Shown in pieces: positions 60,796 through 64,000 of a stretch of DNA of 64,000 nt. The translations under genes were made by a program, and so were the position numbers. A model generated the notes under the pieces. That model saw nothing but the letters and a program-made list of their open reading frames with translations. It ran no database searches and had not been told where the DNA came from. Each line of letters starts with the position of its first letter. The first letter of the stretch is position 1. Location: contig DAIDIE010000021.1 in NCBI GenBank assembly GCA_027459505.1, positions 92,504 through 156,503 of the forward strand, in the 5' to 3' direction. Source of the stretch: Acidobacteriota bacterium. GTDB taxonomy: Bacteria > Acidobacteriota > Terriglobia > Terriglobales > SCQP01.

Positions 60796-61177
60796 TTCCA
60801 GTATCCTCCCACCTTACTGCAACCAGCCCCCCATGGTCATCCATCCCACGGCTGACCACGTTCCGGGGTCGTTCCTCGGCCGCTTGTTCAGGCGGCTGAG
60901 TCGCGGCTCCGGAATTCAAGGCAACGGCGCAGAAAGCATCGGCCGGTTAGCGCTCAACGTTCTCCGCGCAGCTATGTTGTTAGACACCGGCCCCAGGCCA
61001 AAATGTTCCCGACGGCCTTGGAATTTTCTGCGGGAAAATGTCATCGCGGGTAGGAGCCGCGCCGGAATCGCCGAAGCGACTTTCCCGTCGGAGAGGGGTA
61101 GTGGCCACCGGCCGAAGGCATTTCGGCGTGTTCCGCGAGAGGTAGATTTCGGCGTTTCCCTGCAAATCGCCCGTTCA

Positions 61178-61206
61178 TTGACGAATTCTGCCGCGCAGGT
61201 GAAAAT
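61178..61206 (+). promoter_or_regulatory. Candidate sigma-70 promoter for tRNA-Ala
   Basis: TTGACG (61178-61183), a 17-nt spacer, then GAAAAT (61201-61206), ending about 24 nt upstream of the tRNA 5' end. The -10 match is weak. Confidence 0.3.
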
Positions 61207-61230
61207 AGGAACGTTGCATCCGCAACGAGT

Positions 61231-61306
61231 GGGCCTGTGGCGCAGCTGGGAGCGCGCTTCCATGGCATGGAAGAGGTCGTCGGTTCGATCCCGACCAGGT
61301 CCACCA
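61231..61306 (+). tRNA. tRNA-Ala (anticodon GGC), CCA encoded
   Basis: Hand-folded 76-nt cloverleaf. Acceptor stem GGGCCTG/CAGGTCC includes the G3:U70 alanine identity pair. D arm GCGC-AGCTGGGA-GCGC, anticodon arm CTTCC-ATGGCAT-GGAAG, T arm GTCGG-TTCGATC-CCGAC, discriminator A and CCA. Confidence 0.93.
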
Positions 61307-61317
61307 AAATCAATAGC

Positions 61318-62490
61318 TTACGAGACTACCAATTCCGTCGAGGGTGCGAAGGGGTGCTGAACTCTTTCCATTTCCGCCGGCAGCATCATTGCGACAACTC
61401 TATCGCTGGCATCCCGCTTCTGCTCGGATACGGCACGAGTGTAAACGTCGAGCGTCGTTCGGCAACTCGCGTGCCGCAACAATTCCTGAGCCACCTTTAT
61501 GTCGATGCCCAACGCCCGCAGATTCGTCGCGAGCGAATGACGGAAGCTGTGCCACCCGACTTGTTTGCCCGTAATGCCAGTCCGCGCAAGAGCAGGGCGA
61601 ATGCTCTTCTTCAATACGCTATCCGGACTGAGAGGTCTGGTGCCTTTGAGCCGAATTGAGGGAAAGAGAAAATCGGTTTCCGCAGCGTAACGCGACTCTG
61701 GCCGCCAATTCAAAAGCGCGCTGAGTACGATCGGATGGAGAGGTACAGGGTGACGAGAAGACTCTGTCTTGGTCTTCCCAATTCGGTTGCGCACACAGGA
61801 CCTCAGTACACTGACCTCCATCGTCCTGGTGTCCACATCCGACCAAGTCAAGGCGATCATCTCCGAACGGCGCAGGCCAGTGCTTCCAGCAAGCAATACC
61901 ATTGCCCGATCGCGTACGGAAAGCTGTTCCGCCAGGCGCTGAAACTCCTCTGGAGTGAGAACGTCCTTGTCATGGAGACGTTTCGATGAAGTCGTGACGC
62001 GGCTGATTGGATTGAAAGTGAGCCATTCATACCGGATGGCGTGGTCGTACAGCGTCCATAGAATGCTCTTCAGTTTGGCCTTCGAGCTTGGCGCCAGCAC
62101 AAGAGAATCCAGCCATTCCTCGACCTGAATCGTTCGAACGGCGCCGAGCCGGTAGTGTCCCCAGCGAGGTTCAATGTAGCGCTCAAACAAGAATCGATGG
62201 CCTTCGAGCGTTGAAAATGCCTTTTTCTCAACGGTAAGTTCGTGCAGTCGATAATGAGCAGCGAGATCGCACACACATCTCGGAATTCCGACATCGGCAT
62301 TGATCGAACTCCGGAGAGCGATGACGGACCTTTCTGCTTCTCGGCGATTTCGGAGATCAAAAACGCTCCCTATGATTTGCTTCTTGTATTTGCGCGATCC
62401 GGAACTATTGTCATACCACCTGAAGACCCAAACGTCAGGGCGGCTTTTGCGCTCCAATTTGAATAGACTTCCTTGCTGAAACCTGCTCAT
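61318..62490 (-). CDS. int: Phage-type tyrosine integrase adjacent to tRNA-Ala
   Basis: 390-aa ORF. Catalytic-domain motifs are GSTGLRRSEMIALTWSDV, GWHSFRHSLATNL, AQELLRHASCRTTLDVYT. Its 3' end is 12 nt from the tRNA 3' end. GC is lower than in the flanks by eye. Confidence 0.9.
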   Translation of the reverse strand: MSRFQQGSLFKLERKSRPDVWVFRWYDNSSGSRKYKKQIIGSVFDLRNRREAERSVIALRSSINADVGIPRCVCDLAAHYRLHELTVEKKAFSTLEGHRFLFERYIEPRWGHYRLGAVRTIQVEEWLDSLVLAPSSKAKLKSILWTLYDHAIRYEWLTFNPISRVTTSSKRLHDKDVLTPEEFQRLAEQLSVRDRAMVLLAGSTGLRRSEMIALTWSDVDTRTMEVSVLRSCVRNRIGKTKTESSRHPVPLHPIVLSALLNWRPESRYAAETDFLFPSIRLKGTRPLSPDSVLKKSIRPALARTGITGKQVGWHSFRHSLATNLRALGIDIKVAQELLRHASCRTTLDVYTRAVSEQKRDASDRVVAMMLPAEMERVQHPFAPSTELVVS

Positions 62491-62632
62491 GTTATCTCCT
62501 TTCCGTCTTCTTAATAGGCGTCGCCGACCGGAAGACTGTGGCGATAGGGATCGAAGATCGACGATGGGGAACGGCTCCGGCCACCCCGCGTTGCATGATC
62601 GGCTAGATTGAATTCAGAGCAGCAGAAATCGC

Positions 62633-64000
62633 ATGAGTATAACCCTTTCCGTTTCCCCGCAAGGCCGGTTGCTGGTTCTCGATGTAGTTTCCGAGCCGAC
62701 GCTGCCGGACGGTTCCTGGTGCGAACGAGTCCGGCGGGCATTCTCGGAGTCGCAGGCCAACGGCCTGCTCGAACTCGGAGCGCGCGAACTTGCGTCTCCG
62801 TTACCGCCGGAGTTCGTCTGGGCGCGTGACTTCGCCTGCCGCTATCTGACTGCCCTCTGCCGTTCCCCGGAGATTTCCGGTGGCTCTGAACTGCCGGCTT
62901 CGCCTACGCCTGACATGGTGGAGTTTGCGGCCGCGACGCTCGAGGCCCCACCCATGCGCGGGTTGGAATACCTGAGCCCAGATTGCCTTGTCCGTTGGTG
63001 GCAGGAGCTCGACAGCCTGGTACGCCTGGAAGCGCGTGCATCTGGACTGAGCGCCCGGGATTATTTACACCAGCTCAATCCCGCCTGGCGGGCCGTGGGA
63101 CGCTTGACCTTTCACCTAGCCGAGAACAAGCGGGATCCCGACTCGCCGTTTGCCTTTCTCGCCACCTATGCCACGCGGCTCTCCGCGCAGGGCAAGGCGC
63201 AGCACCTGCCGCTGAACCGCGCGCTTCAGGAGTACGCAGGCGCGAGGAACCGGGCGGCGCTGCTTGCCCTGCTGCAGCCGATCCAGCAGGCAGCAGAATC
63301 CGTTGCCTGGGTGAAAGAGCTGGCGGACTCGGGCGGGATCTATCAGCCTCTGGCCTGGTCGCCGCGTGAGGCCTATCAATTTCTTCAGTCGATACCAGCG
63401 CTTGAGTCGAGCGGCCTCATCGTTCGCGTGCCCGATTGGTGGAAGGCCGCGCATCCGCCACGGCCAGTCGTGAGCGTGAAGATCGGCCAGCAGTTGAAGG
63501 GGAAGCTTGGCGTGGATGCACTGCTCGATTTCTCGGTAGGTGCGGTGCTGGCCGGCGAGACGCTGAATGCGCGGGAGATCGAGCAGCTCCTCGGAGCCGA
63601 GAGTGGGCTGGTTCTCTTGCGCGGCAAGTGGGTGGAGGTGAACCGGGAGAAGCTGGCCGAGGCGCTGAAACAGTGGAAGAAGGTGGAGCGCGAGGCGCGG
63701 GACGGCGGTCTCACCTTCTTTGAAGGGATGCGCCTGCTTGCCGGCGTGCAAATGCGGCAGGATGCAACGCAGGAACGGGCGGAAGCTGCGCGCGAATGGG
63801 CGGGCATCTCCGCTGGTAGAGACCTGGAGCAGTTGCTCTGCGAGTTGCGCGAGCCTAACGGTGAACACGACGCCGTCCCGGCTGGTCTTTGCGGCGATCT
63901 GCGCCCGTACCAGAAGGCCGGAGTCCATTGGCTCCGATTTCTCACGCGGCTTGGCCTGGGTGCATGCCTTGCCGACGATATGGGGCTGGGCAAGACCGTG
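62633..64000 (+). CDS. SNF2-family helicase with N-terminal SNF2-associated domain (HelZ-like), truncated by the right window edge
   Basis: Absent from the ORF track because it is open at the right edge. Hand translation from ATG 62633 gives [19 protein letters not shown]...[28 protein letters not shown]...[34 protein letters not shown]. The last segment is helicase motif I, and it falls at the window end. Confidence 0.85.
   Translation, partial: MSITLSVSPQGRLLVLDVVSEPTLPDGSWCERVRRAFSESQANGLLELGARELASPLPPEFVWARDFACRYLTALCRSPEISGGSELPASPTPDMVEFAAATLEAPPMRGLEYLSPDCLVRWWQELDSLVRLEARASGLSARDYLHQLNPAWRAVGRLTFHLAENKRDPDSPFAFLATYATRLSAQGKAQHLPLNRALQEYAGARNRAALLALLQPIQQAAESVAWVKELADSGGIYQPLAWSPREAYQFLQSIPALESSGLIVRVPDWWKAAHPPRPVVSVKIGQQLKGKLGVDALLDFSVGAVLAGETLNAREIEQLLGAESGLVLLRGKWVEVNREKLAEALKQWKKVEREARDGGLTFFEGMRLLAGVQMRQDATQERAEAAREWAGISAGRDLEQLLCELREPNGEHDAVPAGLCGDLRPYQKAGVHWLRFLTRLGLGACLADDMGLGKTV

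Noticed and set aside
60830-60880. ECF-type autoregulatory promoter (GGAAC-N16/17-CGT) upstream of the sigma gene
   Set aside because: Two GGAAC motifs exist on the minus strand, but neither has a CGT -10 element at the expected 16-17-nt spacing.

Overview
High-GC bacterial chromosomal segment. The gene content (many sensor kinases, an ECF sigma pair, GH74/BNR propellers, an FGE-sulfatase domain protein) resembles a soil Acidobacteriota-like organism, but that is inference only. All calls come from reading the sequence and the ORF track and recognising motifs by eye; no searches were run. I support about 58 protein-coding genes, including two edge-truncated genes the ORF track omits: <1..1270 on the minus strand and 62633..>64000 on the plus strand. 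I also support one tRNA-Ala(GGC), two gene relics, several terminator or operator candidates, and a dense set of structured intergenic repeats.

Main blocks, left to right:
- A stressosome-type RsbR-RsbS-RsbT module wired to a PP2C phosphatase and two histidine kinases (1-6132).
- Housekeeping and carbohydrate genes with two ToxR-like membrane regulators, each divergent from a BNR beta-propeller gene.
- A BNR / MoaD-like / 2x secreted MetX-like hydrolase cluster.
- glgC, a B12-radical SAM gene and a CheB-CheR-PAS-HK giant.
- MocR-dinB.
- A low-GC toxin-antitoxin patch (TumE-like/HTH, AbiEii/AbiEi, later ParDE).
- A MarR-YceI-pirin operon, a GGDEF-EAL protein, LrgAB, an MFS pump and an ECF sigma/anti-sigma pair.
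- A tRNA-Ala-associated island starting with a tyrosine integrase and an SNF2 helicase.

The most unusual signal is not protein coding. Nine intergenic loci carry a modular, hairpin-rich element in two subfamilies that share their terminal modules. The element has optional hairpin modules, compensatory base-pair changes and strand-specific G-U wobbles. It is a candidate novel multicopy structured RNA or non-autonomous mobile element.
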